This document shows, one piece after another, positions 40,288 to 54,960 of a stretch of DNA of 64,000 bases (its first letter is position 1; every line of letters begins with the position of its first letter). The notes below the pieces were generated by a model. It was not told the origin of the DNA. It did not search any database and worked only from the letters and a program-made list of their open reading frames with translations. Source of the stretch: Lingula anatina (Eukaryota; Animalia; Brachiopoda); NCBI GenBank assembly GCA_051362555.1, contig CM120643.1:3844001-3908000 (forward strand). Direction: 5' to 3'. Position numbers and translations under genes: made by a program.

Positions 40288-40750
40288 GAGAGCATTTTAA
40301 AAGTGGCAAACTACAGGTCTCTTTGCAGTGAATTTCAGCCTTTTGTTTCCTTAATGTGAAATGTGTACAAAGTACAAGGTATATAGAAATTTACATGGGA
40401 ACATTTTTAGTGCACAAATGTTATTAAAAAGTACTGTACAGATGTTTATAAATAGTTTTATAACTCTTTGAAATCAAATTGAAAATCTACAATGTAGTTT
40501 TTGTTGTTTAACATACTTGTATTATTTTAGGTAATTAAGATTAACTTTAAATTTTAACACACTTCTTGAAAATGTATTTGACCTTTGTTTTTCTTAAAAT
40601 TATCATTTCAACATTAAAAATGTACCAACCAACTTTTAATTATAAATCAATATTAAATGATAATATTATCATAATTTGGTGGTGGTGTTGTTATATTTAT
40701 ATGACTGTCTAAGAATAAAAGGTTTAAGAGCTCAATTCCAATGAAAATAA

Positions 40751-40910
40751 GTGCATTCAAAACAGTGGACTAACAGATCTGTGGATCAAATATGGCAACC
40801 CACTAACAAGCTTGCCTCTTAATTCCTGATTAGCCACAGAACAGATTCCCTGCAGGGATTATGCAACGAGCATTCAAGTGGGTCTGTTAGTCTGCTGTAC
40901 TGAATGCACT
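40751..40910. mobile_element. MITE, second copy of the 39650 family, right arm partly deleted
   Basis: gtgcattca...aacagtggactaacagatctgtggatcaaatatggcaacccactaa...tgaatgcac. Confidence 0.6.
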
Positions 40911-41549
40911 TAATCTCTCTAGGTGATCAGATATGCATACCACCCTCTGGCTTTGGGTAGAAAACAGAAAATGGGGTCATTATTAAAGCATGTTAAAAAC
41001 AAAAGGAGACATGCCAATGACAAGAGTCCCTGTGGAGTTGGATCGATTTACATAGATCAATAGTGTCATTGGGAATGAGTCCTAAATTAAGGCACTAGTA
41101 GATATGTCAGTGGCAATACTAAGATGAATAAATATAAAATGATAAAAAGAAAGTGTACTGATAGTTTCTAATATGATTCTTTTACTTCCAGAAGTGTTTT
41201 ATGCGGTTCAAAATGATAACATTGGTAATATTAAAGAATCAGGGACCACTGAAAGACAAAGTATTATGCAAACTTTTTGAGAAGTAAAAAACTAGGCCAT
41301 GTCTCCCATTTCTCCCTGCAGAATCTTACAGATATCATGTCACCTCTCCATTCCATTTTCTTCTGTCTCTCCCTAAAATGTCGCCAACTGTATAAGCCGT
41401 TCAGTTCTCGGAAGACGCAGTATATGTACATTTTATGAAATAGAATAAAACTAGGTAAAAGTATTCTTCAGCCCGAATTAACCCCGCCCCCCGTCGGACA
41501 TCAAGGAACCATTGTTAACCTTTAAAGGTATCAAGTTCAGCAATACTTT

Positions 41550-41691
41550 GTGTAAATATTTTTTATTCTATTTTCATTGGTTGTCTTTCCTTTTGTGCGC
41601 CAACACTATTTTAATGAAACACAAATAAAAGACATAAGTGTTGGCCCACAAAGCGAAAGAAAACCATTGAAAATAAAATAAATATTTACAC
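41550..41691. mobile_element. Degenerate fold-back/MITE, ~55-bp arms
   Basis: gtgtaaatattt..tattttcattggttgtctttccttttgtgcgccaacact is inverted to agtgttggcccacaaagcgaaagaaaaccattgaaaata..aaatatttacac. Confidence 0.65.
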
Positions 41692-44600
41692 GCTTCATGG
41701 TAACGTATGTATCGGTAACGTATGTATCATTTTAACGTGACAAAGAAGAATAAGCGACGTAAAAATAAGCGTGCGCACATATACAACGTCGCACGAAACC
41801 AGAGAGTCGCGACAACAGAGAACAAACAATGAAATCAGAAAACAATACCTTCACGAATGATGCGTTACTCAGTAAACTGATTCTTATGTGATTTATTTTT
41901 TCTAAGAAGCATATTTGGGTTCATATGTACTGCTCCATAAAAATTAAAATGTTAGATATACATGTACAAACCTAAGTCGCCACAACTCTAGTGTTAAATA
42001 TTTACAGCGCTAGAGCAATAGGCGACATCATGTTTTAATTGGGATGCGTTAATAATAATAACCTCATTTATTTGGGATGAAGGTCTATAGATGGACAAAT
42101 CAAAATGGTTTGCGTTAAGCCGCATCGTGTCTTCTCTAACACAATCCTACAGTCAGTGCTATTATTATGTAAACCAGGTGAGCATTTTGGTGAGAGGTAT
42201 TCAGATAGGACCAAGGTCAGTAGGAAGAGGAAGAAGCTTCACGTGCCACATTGCCACAATTTCCACACGTAGACTGAAATTTTGGCACTACGAACTGATG
42301 TAGTTTGTTGTAAGTACTGTATAGATGATATAAGGCAACACTGATCGGTTTATGTTGACGATATTTTATCCAAAAGTCTGCATTTCCCACTTCAGACGTA
42401 ATGGCTCTTGGATATATTTCATTGACATAAATGCTGAAATGAGCTTGGAAAGTTTAATAACTTTTTATATTGCTTTTTCCAGAAGGAAAGTATTTGCTCA
42501 TAAAGAAGTTAGAAGATTATTCCAGCCGTCCAAATGTCTGAACGCGTTATTCCGTCTTAAACAAAGCAAGACGACAAAGCAGGTAACTACTGTAACATTC
42601 TCAGCTCCCAATGGGTGCCTTTTTTATTTTTTGACAGTGACCTGTACAAATATATCCTGTTTATTAAAGTTAACTGACAATAAACAAATATTTTTTTTAT
42701 AGAGAACTAGCAGCGACCAGGAAAGCAACCGTATATTTGCAGGGCACTGTCGACCTCCCTTGACTATATTTTTTTCTGATTGCAATTTCGATTACATACC
42801 GTCCTTGATATTATAATCTGAAATAAATGTTTGCATAAAGTATTTGATTTTAAAAAGTTGAGCTTAAGTGCCAGCATTTGGATTAGGAATTTATTTAAGT
42901 ATGGATGCATTGGAATAAAGTAATTGGTAGAATCATTCTGAAGAGGGTTTTAATAAGCACATGTAGCAATAAAATCCTGAATTTATATCACTCTACCCAC
43001 AAAATACGCAAAATAATGTATAACTAAGAAAGTCAAAAACCAAACAAGATCATTGTTATTATTATGTATTTCATTTTGTCAGATCCTTAGATATTGTTAT
43101 GAATTTTATTTAATCCATTTCATTTTTCATTTAATTTCAGTGCCTCGAAACAACCGTCTACGATGAGATTGGACGCACTCCCAGAAAAGACATCAGATTC
43201 GTGTTCGCCAGCGCCCGCACCCATGTCAACGTTGTCTTGCGTGTCGAAGTTTGTCGTATAGTCAACTTGCAGGGTTGACATTTGATTTGGATTTAAATGT
43301 GATATTTGCTTTGGTTTGTAATATTCTGCATCAAAACGTGTATCAAATGAAGTGCAGCGTATAACGCGTGTTTTATTCATGAAACTTCTAATAAAATGGA
43401 CTAAATCCAAGCGTCAACCCTGCACGTCTCTGGTTTATTATAATATTATACATGTGTAAACAAGTTGTACACTGTAACACAGTACTATCTGCACACGATG
43501 TTTTTATCATCGTTTAGAATTTTTTGTTCATAACCACCAGTTCTCGAACCTGAAACGACACTTTTGAAATTATCCTAAAACAAAAAAGTGCCTTGCTTAA
43601 GTGATCTATGAAAATAAAATTAATTGTTGTAAACTTATCATTAAGTGATGTGCAGGTAGAGCGCTGTAGTGGTATGACCGGTTTAATGTTTGATTGTAAA
43701 ATTTTGTGTGAGCAAGTATGTAGTAAGACGCTTTGTCATGCACTTAAAAATGCATTTTTATTCCTTTTAAATTGGATACAAACATGGATCTTTATGAAGT
43801 TAACTTTAGAAAAGAAAAATACGTAAAATGCATATAGGAATCTTTTATTGAGGGCTCATTTGAGGAAATGAACAAGATGTAAATCTACAATAAATGTAGA
43901 CGCTTTAATCCAAATTATGACACTTAAGAATTAACGGCAGAATGAAATTGTAATATGTGTAATATTATTACAGAATTGCCCACACGCATTGAAATTGTAA
44001 AAATGCGGTTATGACGAATGGTAAGAATAAGCTTCCTGTGGTTCCCGGTGTTTTGATATACTAGTAGTATGTCTGATCAGTGATAGACCCATAGTTTTAT
44101 TGCTGGGAGAGGATAGAAATGTTTTTGTTTTCAGAAAATCAAACCAGGGGTTGGGTCAGATTTTTTTAATTGATAAGTTTTTGTTATTAAGGAAGTAAAA
44201 TTAACTTTTTACCTTCATTACAAAGCGGATATACTCACAAAGAGAAACGGTGAATAGTAGAAAGTGTTTCCTCTTGGTCAATTAAAATGTATATGTAGGA
44301 CTGGCATTTATCGCATCTTTTACAACTTGAAATTTTGAAAAATCCTTATCAAATCTGTATCGAAAACTACAGTCGTCGTCAAGTTCTGTTTTGGAGGTAA
44401 TGGGGGTAATTGGTATTTCCTAGTAATTTTGTAGACTGTTGTCAATCCTCTAAAAACACGACACTGGTCTGTTTATTGGTGATTTAATGACCTAACGTCT
44501 AAAATTCCTTTTTCTTTTGTGATTTTTTTTGTGTAATCAAATATTAAAAATCAAAATTCTATCGGAAAAATGACACTTTGATTGGTTAGAGTAAGTTTTA

Positions 44601-44750
44601 CACAAAATTGGAAGGTCAGTGTTTTACTTAATGTTGATCTTGTACTTGGTACTTTCTTAATTCTATATTTCGGTCGGGATCAAGGGGTGATTGAGAACAA
44701 AAGGCCTGATTAGGTGCCAGTCCTGCACATGCTGTTGGGTTATTTTTGCC

Positions 44751-44781
<31 letters not shown>

Positions 44782-45592
44782 ATCACTGAACCCGAGACCG
44801 TTGAGTTAATTAGCATTTTCTGATTAGTTATTTTAAGTAAACTTGTTTTCGCATAACCTTTTCAATTTTGTTTACATATTGTTCTTAAAAATGGCTATGA
44901 CTGGGATAAGGTTGTAAACTGACCACGTCTTCATGCTGTTTTTGATTCACACTACGCATAAATTTAAGTGTTCGCTCAAAATTGTGCCACCAAAGTATTA
45001 TTTTAAGATTTAAAGAGAAGAAAAAATGACGCACAATATCAGGTACATATTTATTTATCTATGAAAAAAGCAAATTTACCGAACTGAATAATGTTTGACT
45101 GCTGTTTGGTGTTGTGTGTGATCATCAGCATGGAAACATGGAGTTAGTTGTAGGGTCATGAATGCGTTCCCGCGTGCGAGGAGAACGCTTACACGAGATC
45201 ATATGCACTTTGAATTTCAATACTGTTACATTTTGGCTCACTCATAAGACAAATACTTCAATGTCAACTTTGAACGATGGCTGTAAAGTACATCGCGACA
45301 AATCTTCAACTTTCTCTTTTAACTCTGGGCAAAAAACCCCGAAATTTCATGTTCTTTTTTACAATCAAAACGATTGATATTGAGCGACACTTTTCAAAGT
45401 GCATAAAATCTCCCACACATTTAGTTGTAGATAGTTGTATTTAAGATTGATTTACATCTCGAAATGCTAAGTCGTTATGAAAATTACTGTATGGCGCAAT
45501 TGCTTGTATTTCTTTTAATAAACGTACATGAAAGTTGTAATAGATGTAGTTTCAAAATGTGCAAAAATGCCGCTTGCTCATTCTTTCCTTTA

Positions 45593-45965
45593 GCTCGACT
45601 CGAACCTTTGGTTATCAACTTAGTCGTCGTCTTCTCTTTCTTGATCTGTCGCCTTACCTACTGAGCTAATGACTCAGCTTGATTTTCCTCATTCGTATGA
45701 TCCTCTTGTAGTAGTTCAAATAGTTTATTTGGGTTTATTTTTGCAAAAGGTAATTTGCTGGGACCTAGAAGCGCCAGGAATCGAACTGGGGACCTTCTGT
45801 CTCAGAGACAAGCGCGTTACCTACTTCTCTAAGTGTTCCCACCCACCCTCCTCGTGTAGACTTTCTTCTTATAGAAACCAAAGACAATTTCTAATAGCAC
45901 CTCATTGTAATTCCAATGTGCCCGGGCCAGGAATCGAACCCCAACCCCACGCTACCACTGAGCAA
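45593..45965 (-). pseudogene. Three tandem tRNA-like (A-box/B-box) heads: tRNA pseudogenes or SINE heads
   Basis: Minus strand: tagctcagtagg...ggttcgagtc (45593-45668); tagagaagtagg...agttcgattcctgg (45768-45831); gctcagtggtag...ggttcgattcctgg (45919-45963). Confidence 0.55.
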
Positions 45966-46348
45966 TATAGCCATCAGTAAAAACGCTAAGACATTTTGTA
46001 TATTCAATAAGTTTTTTATTAAGAGCAATAAGCAATACAAATTGCTTTTATGTATTCAATTATTTATAAAACATATATCTGTAAAATATCATCGTCTTCA
46101 GTCTTTTTATTACTACAAGTTAAAAAGCGTTTAGTATCTTAAAGAATATTATGATATTATAGTATAATATTGATGTCTGCATTTAAATTCACTTGCAGGT
46201 GTAAAAAATATAACATTCTTATATATTCGACTTGACAAATAAACTATTTACCACACCAATGGTCTTATGTTTGTTCTTAATGACAAAAACAAAATATTTC
46301 AACTTCTTCAATAAAAAAAAAATAATAATAATGATAATAATAATAAAC

Positions 46349-46482
46349 AATGGTGGATCTAGTCTCCGCCCTCCCCGAGGAGAGAGACCCATTCTGGACT
46401 CACATGATCAAGTTCTCAAAATATTCCATCTCGCTCCAAATGTCAACATCTGACCCCTTTCAAATGTCCTGGATCCGCCATT
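46349..46482. mobile_element. Short Harbinger-like MITE
   Basis: TIR caatggtggatc / gatccgccattg. Confidence 0.5.
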
Positions 46483-49400
46483 GTTTTTTTTCTATATAAT
46501 AATGACAATTATGAGATTTTTATTAAATGCTCTGTTTAAAATTGCACGCTTTTTTCAGTCAAACACTTAATGTTGGGAGCAAAAAACGGATACGCACTTT
46601 CGTTATGTTTGGCAAAAAAAGCGTCAAAAGTCCTACATAAAAAAAAAATATATATATATATATACACAACGTTTATACTAACAGCTATTGACAAACTGGA
46701 AAGACTAATGAACATTAGATAGTAAAGTGAATATGAAATAAAAAAAATTCTTGTAATAACTATTTAGAAAGTAAACTACATGTTCAATTATGAAATTCGG
46801 GTTAAAATCCAATGGACAGATCAAGGTATTTCTCATATTTCCCACATCCATTTTCAATTAGAAAACAAACTACATTTACATGAAATCAGGCTTAAAATCC
46901 AAGAGCCAGATAACGATTTTTCTTATATTTCCTACATCTATTTTCAATTCTAAAAAAAAGCTTCTGAACATAAATTCGAATAAATTCGAATATACATCAA
47001 TAATTTCTGCATCATCTGGTCGATAGAATGATGCTGTTAAGACAGAATTGCCGAAAACAGTTAAATTTGGAAAATAAAGCAATTTTCATTCCTATAAATG
47101 TATTTGTTCGACAGATTAATGGCAAAAACATATATTTCAGGATAAAACGTGTACATATTTTACATTGTAAGAACTACGTTCAGAGATAAGTAAAACACGA
47201 AAACAGTGTCTTTTCCATCATATGAATGGTATTTACATGTACGAAATCAGCTTTTCAAGAAGGGATTTTTCTCAAATAGAAATGAAATTTCTTAATTCTA
47301 CATACTTCACCTGAGACATAAAATAATCGATCTTGATTCGTAAAATGGCATCTCTTACTCAACAAGACAGCAAATACTCAAATTTCAAGAGACGATAATC
47401 CTTTTTTCCCTTCTGAACATTGAAAGAAAGACACACAATGAGCGTAAGTCGTCTCATTTTTGATTTCAGTACATTTGGAGAATGAGACTGATGTTTACTC
47501 TCGCCGCAGCCGGTAAAAACAGAAATTAAGAATTCGACACCGGACTTGTAGAATTTATTAATGGATTCGATAATGTGTTCATTGGTGATTGAGGTGAAAT
47601 TGTTGAATATTACAGAAAAATATTTGGCTTTAACTCGACATAAAATTTGTATATTTTTGCTTACTTAATTCGCATCTAAACTAGAAAGTCATCCCCTGCT
47701 GTCTTGCTGAAGAATACCACATATAGTACCATTTCACAAATGTCACTTGTGACAATCTTGAAACTACGATAGTATACAACATACTTCAATACAATAAAGC
47801 AAGTTTTTAACTGATGATAATGCTTTCTGATATATGATTACGTTTTAAATATGTAACATTTAATTCGTAAATAACCTCAAATCCGTGATGCTATATTGAT
47901 ATAAAGCACGTAAAAGACACCTTTGGACAGAGCCTTTTCAAATCCGTTCAAAACAGCATTTCGGGCTATCAGTTCGCCCCTTATGCATTGAAGGTGTTCA
48001 TCTTATAACATGTCACGCAGAAATCAATACAACCACAGTTTAGCTCACACATTTTATTGAAATGAAATATTAAATGTTAATTTACGAATCTTGCCAATAT
48101 TCGAAATGGAAGTGTATTACTATATCCCCTTAATACTTGAATTATGTTCTTTACTTAGGAAATGGACGTTTGTTACTATACCTATGACATATTCTATAAT
48201 TCCACGACCTACCGCTCAGTAAATTTCAACATGCCAATAGCCGGACTCTCACAAGTCATTTCACAACATTTTCCCCTCCTTGGCCATTTCTCACGGTAAA
48301 CTTCCACTGCCACTACTATTTCTACTAAATATGAAGTGCAACTGCATCTTCCTTTGTTTTATGAGACGTGGCGAGATGAATTGAAGGAGGAAATAAATGG
48401 TACGTGGGGGAAAATGTTAGGAAATGGTCAAAACCGCTTTTAAGCAAACGGGTGCCAAAATACTTTTCAAAAATAAATCACAATTAACTTATCACCAATA
48501 CCTAAAATTGATTTCTTCAAACGTTATATTGATATGGCTGAAATTACGATATTCGTATACTTAATATCTAAGCCGCCTTCGCTCCACTTCCTGATCACTC
48601 AGCACTGAGGCAGTGACGTCTCCTCCCAGGCTGTCCATCCCATTACATTCATGGTAGGGGGAGGTGGCAGGCTGAAGTGGCCGCCTTTCCTTTTTAACTC
48701 TCACCAATATTTTACGGATGGAACTTCATTTGTACGATACAACATTAAAATATATTGGACGAGTTTGTGTTCAGTATATTTCAAAAATTGCCAGACGAAA
48801 ATTAACTTCACATCCTTATCAACCCCAAATTGAAATGACATTATGTAGGTCACTGGCTTTCTTGATATGACTCAACAAGGTTCACTTATTTGAATATCTG
48901 AGCAATTTTTGCTATGTTTGACCAAGTAGACCTTAGGATAGAGACTGCGGTGTTTTGATTCTGATGCTGTCTCAACCATGATTGTGACGGACTACACAAA
49001 ATACCACCCCATTGTGTTAGTGAAGACATAACGCGAGGCGGGGAGGGGGGATAAAAAGTGTATAAAGAAATTACCTAACAAGCCATTGGAAATGACAATA
49101 TGATATTTTAGTTTAAATTAGATGTCGACAATAGAGAGAGGTTGGATTAAAAGGAAATATGTTGAAATAAAATGGCACAAATATTTATGATGATAAAGGT
49201 TTGGGAGAGTCGGGGGAAATTGAGTTTTGAGTGCGTTCGGGTGTTTACTGTTGTCCTTTAACTTTAACACACCAGGTTATACAAACTTTTACAACTTTTG
49301 TCTCTAAAAAAACCTGTTCAGATTTATTTTTTCTACTTATATAGCTAGGCCTACCCTATGTTTCAACTATAGTAATTCACAAAGATGGACTTCGAATTCA

Positions 49401-50432
49401 AAGATGACGTCTATTGAGAAAGAGCGCCATTACTAAAAACGCAGCTCTAGAAAATTAATTGGCAACCCAAAACGTCAACGCTACGAAAGGAACTAAAATT
49501 AAAATAAGTTCCAGCAAATCTTATGCTGTTGTTTTGCTAGAAAATCACCGTGACGTTATAATTTAGCGCTAATTTACTCTATCAAATTCTTCCTCTGGAA
49601 TGTTGCCACAATGAATAAAATTGAAGCTTACATACTCGTCTATCATGTCTTGAAATTGAAATTTTAAAAAATTAAAAGAGAAATTTTATTGAAACTAGCG
49701 TTATTACACACAACGAACGCGACGCAACGAAATGGCGCGTGAAAAAACGACTTAAAATCCCTACGCCGTGACAGCATGTGTCCTACTGTCAGTTACAGAT
49801 GGAACATTAAGTGTCGACAGAATTTACGTGAAGTCAAAGTTTGCTATTTTTGAACTACACAAACTGTCTACGATTATCACATTAAAATAAGTCACATCAA
49901 GTATGTTTGCACATTTTCATGTATGCGTGTAGGGCCTATTTGCGCGATTATTCAGATTACATCAGAAAACGTAAAACAGAAGTACCAATGAATGCGATTT
50001 CGTGGTTTTGCAAAACTGTCCCCATAGGCAATGGACTAAAAAAGAGTAGTACAGATTGCGGTTTGAAGGACAGAATGAAAACTTTTGAAATAAAAAAATG
50101 ATTTTTTTACGAAATGAGATATTTGGGACTTCGCAAAGAAATCTCAACAATATATATTTCAAAAATGTTCCAGTAACATAAAAAGTTAGGCTAACGCCAC
50201 ACAACGGAGAATGAAATTTCGGAGCGCGAAAATAGACTGGTTTTAATTATTGATTAAAACAAGCTGTTAGCTGTAAAACAGCCGATGAAATTCTTGAAAC
50301 ATTGAATGACTCGAATTGGAATTTAATAAATCTCTTAATTACCGATTTGTTTTTTCTATATCATTTTGTGTAGTGCTAACAACACATTTCTAACCGAGGC
50401 GTCACTTTCCTAAGCATAAAAAATAATAGTTT

Positions 50433-50528
50433 TGTGTGTGTGTGTGTGTGTGTGTGTATGGATGTGTGTGTGTGTGTATGGGTGTGTGTGTATGTGTGTG
50501 TGTGTGTGTGTGTATGGGTGTGTGTGTA

Positions 50529-50559
<31 letters not shown>

Positions 50560-50657
50560 ATAGGTGTGTGTGTATGTGTGTGTATGTGTGTGTGTGTGTG
50601 TGTGTATGGGTGTGTGTGTGTGTGTGTATGGGTGTGTGTGTGTGTGTGTGTGTGTAT

Positions 50658-50698
<41 letters not shown>

Positions 50699-50735
50699 GG
50701 TGTGTGTATGGGTGTGTGTGTGTGTGTGTGTGTAT

Positions 50736-50771
<36 letters not shown>
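50433..50771. repeat. Compound (TG)n microsatellite with periodic tatggg interruptions
   Basis: Directly visible. Confidence 0.98.
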
Positions 50772-50772
<1 letters not shown>

Positions 50773-53700
50773 GGGGTGCGTGGGAATCTTCCTCTCTGGC
50801 AATTGTTAATGATGACAGGTATGTAATTGTCCGGGAGAATAGAGGAAGTTGAGTTACAACAGGGTTAATGCTACAGTATTTGACATCAGAGTCTATCTCA
50901 ACATGATTGTGACGTTGTCCATGAATTTCATCATATTGTGCTAGTGAAGACAGCGATAAATGATAGAGGACGCTGATATGATCATTTTTCTTATAATTTC
51001 TTTGCAATGCCTCATATTAATCTTTAATTACTCAGAACTTTTTGTACTGATTTCACTTATTTCAAAAGTGTCCAAATGCCATGAATTTCATTTATATGAA
51101 AAAAGAGAACCATGTAACAGTGGTAATCGTACTTGAGGCCCCTGCAGGCGATGTATGTTTTTTTCTCTGGGAATTCACGTCGAGACGTTGTCCAGGATCG
51201 AGAAGCTATCTCTATCTAAGAAGCTAATTCCTTGTAAAATTTTACCATATATAATAACACACTTTATATTAATGATCATGGACCTATTTGATCAATACTT
51301 TCATCAAGCTTTATTATTTTCTTGCCTTAAAAATTCCAGTCCTGGGGGAATTTGTCCAGTGCGGACGGCTCCTACAATTTCTTTGTAGAATAAAAGAACT
51401 CTAACATCTCGTGATTGATAGATTCCGCACACCGCTGTGGTGAGACTGTGTGGAGATGGTTGAGTTTGTGGCGTACACGATCACCAAGAACCTCTTGTGG
51501 AATTCGACATGCCAAGTGATCAGCCCGAGGCCGAGGTTAAATATGGCACAATGGGTCGCTGCACTTGTACACAGCAACTCTATGGCATGGAAGTGTGTTG
51601 ATTGAAAGAAAAAGGAAATAAAGCACAGGATAATTACCCACAAGAGGAAAATAGATAAATAATAAATAAATACACGATAATGAATTAAGTTTGCAGTAAT
51701 ACATAAGTTAAATCCAAGGTCAAAATAGATAATAATTAGAAGTATTAAAAACCACTTTAAAGATAATGTATTGGTCGTTTTTATACACATTTTGCTTTTC
51801 TATGACAATATTCAATGGTTTCGTTTGGTGTGTCATTTCAGCTTTGACTTGCTCTGTCATTTCCTTATCTGCATTGACTGAACATTTGAGTTGTGAAATA
51901 AACCCAGTGTAGTTGCTTCCAGTAATAAGACATACTCAGTTTCTACTTTATATTCGCATATTAGTACAACACAAATTTATGTTCGCGGTAAATGTCTTCA
52001 TATCTACCTTTTTTTAATCATCAGCCTGTGATGCAAACAACGAAATTTAGAGAAAGCAGACGCGTTTATTATGAGTATCTCCATTCTTATGATTTCGGTT
52101 TAGAGATAAGTTATCATTCTTGCATAAGAAAGCACTCTTTCAGTCTGACCTTAAAAGTTTCCAAAAGTAATAAATAAATAAATAAAATAAAAGTCATTTC
52201 CATTTACATCACACATACCTAACACTGTATTTCTTTATTTCTATATGATAAGGACAGTAGGCTGAGAAAAATATTTGCAGGGGCGGGGGGGGGGGGGATA
52301 GGAGTTTATTCCCCTCCCCACCCCGCCCTTACATTTTCAGCCACGTCAGTTCTTAGCGGAGAAGAGGATGATGGGCCCTGTTAATTTTTTACCACTTTAC
52401 ATATTTATAAACAAGTTCTTGATATATTGCATCGAGGACCGAGACCCCAGTCAGTCGATGGCCAACTTCAAGTGAGTAATGTTTTCGTTGCCCCCATCCC
52501 CTTCTCCTACTCGGCGATTCAGTGTTTGCACTGTTGTCATATTTGCCTGCAGCTTGACAGACGAGACACTTACTTGGCATGGAACACCCCCTGACGTATT
52601 TTACTGATAAGGTTGGACCTAGAGGAGTGGTCAGGAACCCATTACAGAGAACGACTTCTCACTGTCCTTGTTCATCCCCTAGCTTCAGGTTGAACATACC
52701 ATATCTCATAACATTGGTTTATAGTCATGTTATTCAATTGATATTTTCATTCTTACAAAATCATTTCAATGTGGACAGAGATTTTGCTATTTTACAGAAA
52801 GAGCTTATATTGTTATTATGGTGACGATGTGGTAAGTGTGCTTGTAAATGAAATTAGCTAGAGAATAACGTGGGCTTCATTGCGGCAGTTGCCCCTCTCC
52901 CAAAATCTGGGCTTCATGAATATTTGAAGACAATGCACAAAATGATGATTTAGACAAAAACGAATGACGGGGAGAAGACAACAATAAGAAGAAATTTCGG
53001 TATCTTTTATTATTACTTTTAGTGTTGGTGTTTTATTGTAGACAATGCCCTCACCAATCCTTTATTGCTTTATTCGTTTTTTATCAACGTATTATGATGG
53101 GTCGAGGAATGTTTAAGTTGGAGCATTGATACAAGATCTGTAAAAGAAAAAAAACTGAAGAAAATGGCATGAAGAAGTTTTAGAAAAAAAGGTGTCTGGC
53201 GACACCAGTACGCACTTTACATTTTTCTGTGGGAACAAATCAAATTTTTTTCACGAGGAGGGCGCCGTCATCCATCAAGAGAAGACCGGGTGAGGATGAT
53301 ACAGCACTGTTGGACCTATTCATCTGTTCAGGTTTATCTCTTGCCTGTAGTAAAACGATTTAGTGAAAGCATGGACAAAATTTCTAATTATGACCAAGGT
53401 TAAAGCTCAAGTTAGGATTTATGAATTAATTAAAATTAATTAATAAAAATTTCTTTATCCGCGTCAATATAACCGTCGTCTCCAGTATTGATTTCGCCAG
53501 CAATGAAATCCGGTAGAATAATACCGAGACCTCAGTCTAATGTAAAAGTAATGATAAATAAAACAATCGCCATTTTATTCTAGTAAATAACCTAATTTTG
53601 AGATAGTCTTATACATGCATCAATGTTTTCTATTTACTTCGTCTCTGTGTAACAGCAGCACACGTCTTTAAAGAAGTCCATAAAGCATTGTGTACCCATT

Positions 53701-54960
53701 GGCTGATTTGCAGCTACCTACAGTGTAGTCTACTTGTTGTGTACCAGTAGTATTGCGGGGATTTTGTCATTAATGAGCAGATATGAAGTACAATGGTTGG
53801 ACCAGCTCAAGATTCAATTCCTTATTATCTGTATAAAAAGTAACACTGTTTCGTAATAAAATAAATATTTTTGGATTGATTAACATTAACCCGCCCGTAA
53901 TGTAAACGTATTCGCCGTAGCCCGTAGCCACTTACGATGCAAAACAAAAAAAAAAAAAAAAAAAAAAACGCACGAAAAATCGTTTACGATTTCATCGCAC
54001 AGTACGCTTTTCAAATGTAATCTAGGCAGGAGAATTAAATGTGTAACCTAATAACAGAAATAGAATAAAAATACACTACTCCGGTGGATATGAGTTATCA
54101 CTTTTTGGTGTTTTTGATATGATGATTCTGCTGCATCAAGAGTATTTCGATACAAAAAAGAAAATGCCTTCAGTGTAGTATAGATATACCGCCTCGTATC
54201 AAATCCTGTCGAAAGAAACAGCAAAAGTTTTGGAGTGATATATCAATCATATTTGTTTCTTTTGTGTTAACTTATTTTTGCGTATTATTCTACTAGTTTT
54301 TTTCCCCCGAAAATTCATAATTAAAGCATGCTTACATTTTTACAGGGCTATCACAAAGTACACGTAGACAGAAAAACTTATAAAATAAAAGACATCAAGG
54401 GGTGTTTCGTCAAGTCTTATGTGTAGCCGAAATATCGAAAAGACCTTCTTCTTCCTCTACATGTAGATTACCTGTATCTAGACAAGCACATATACACCTG
54501 TATTTGAATAAGTACACATATTCTGTACATCAGCGAGTTTCCTAGACAGAGAAATTTAAGTAGTGGCAGCTGCAGACAGGTTTATAAAGTATATCTATGT
54601 ATGGAATGTGATATTTGTTAGTTTGATCATAGACAACGCAATAACTTGACTTTGTTAAAAAAAATTAAGTAGATAAAAAATCCAAATGTTGTGAGAATAA
54701 CGATTCAAGACTTTACTTGTTGCTTATATTAATCTTTATTTACAACAAACAGGCCTATTTTCCGCACTTAAACAGTACTAGTAGGAGAAGACTAAAAAAC
54801 ACATTTGGACACAATCCAAAAATTTAATTGTCTAATGAAAAATGTAATTTTGACACAAGTCAAGGCGGTTTTAAGTTTGAGCGTAATTTACTTGCGTATC
54901 ACGAATATAATTAAAAAGCGCGTAATCGGATGGTTATCAATTTATACAAATGTAAGATGT

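Noticed and set aside
45768-45831. Functional tRNA gene
   Set aside because: A complete cloverleaf with a paired acceptor stem could not be built.
50402-51007. Long His-Thr and Cys-Val ORFs
   Set aside because: Translations of a (TG)n microsatellite.
51420-51605. GC-richer exon-like block followed by aataaa
   Set aside because: No clear acceptor or recognisable domain; insufficient support.
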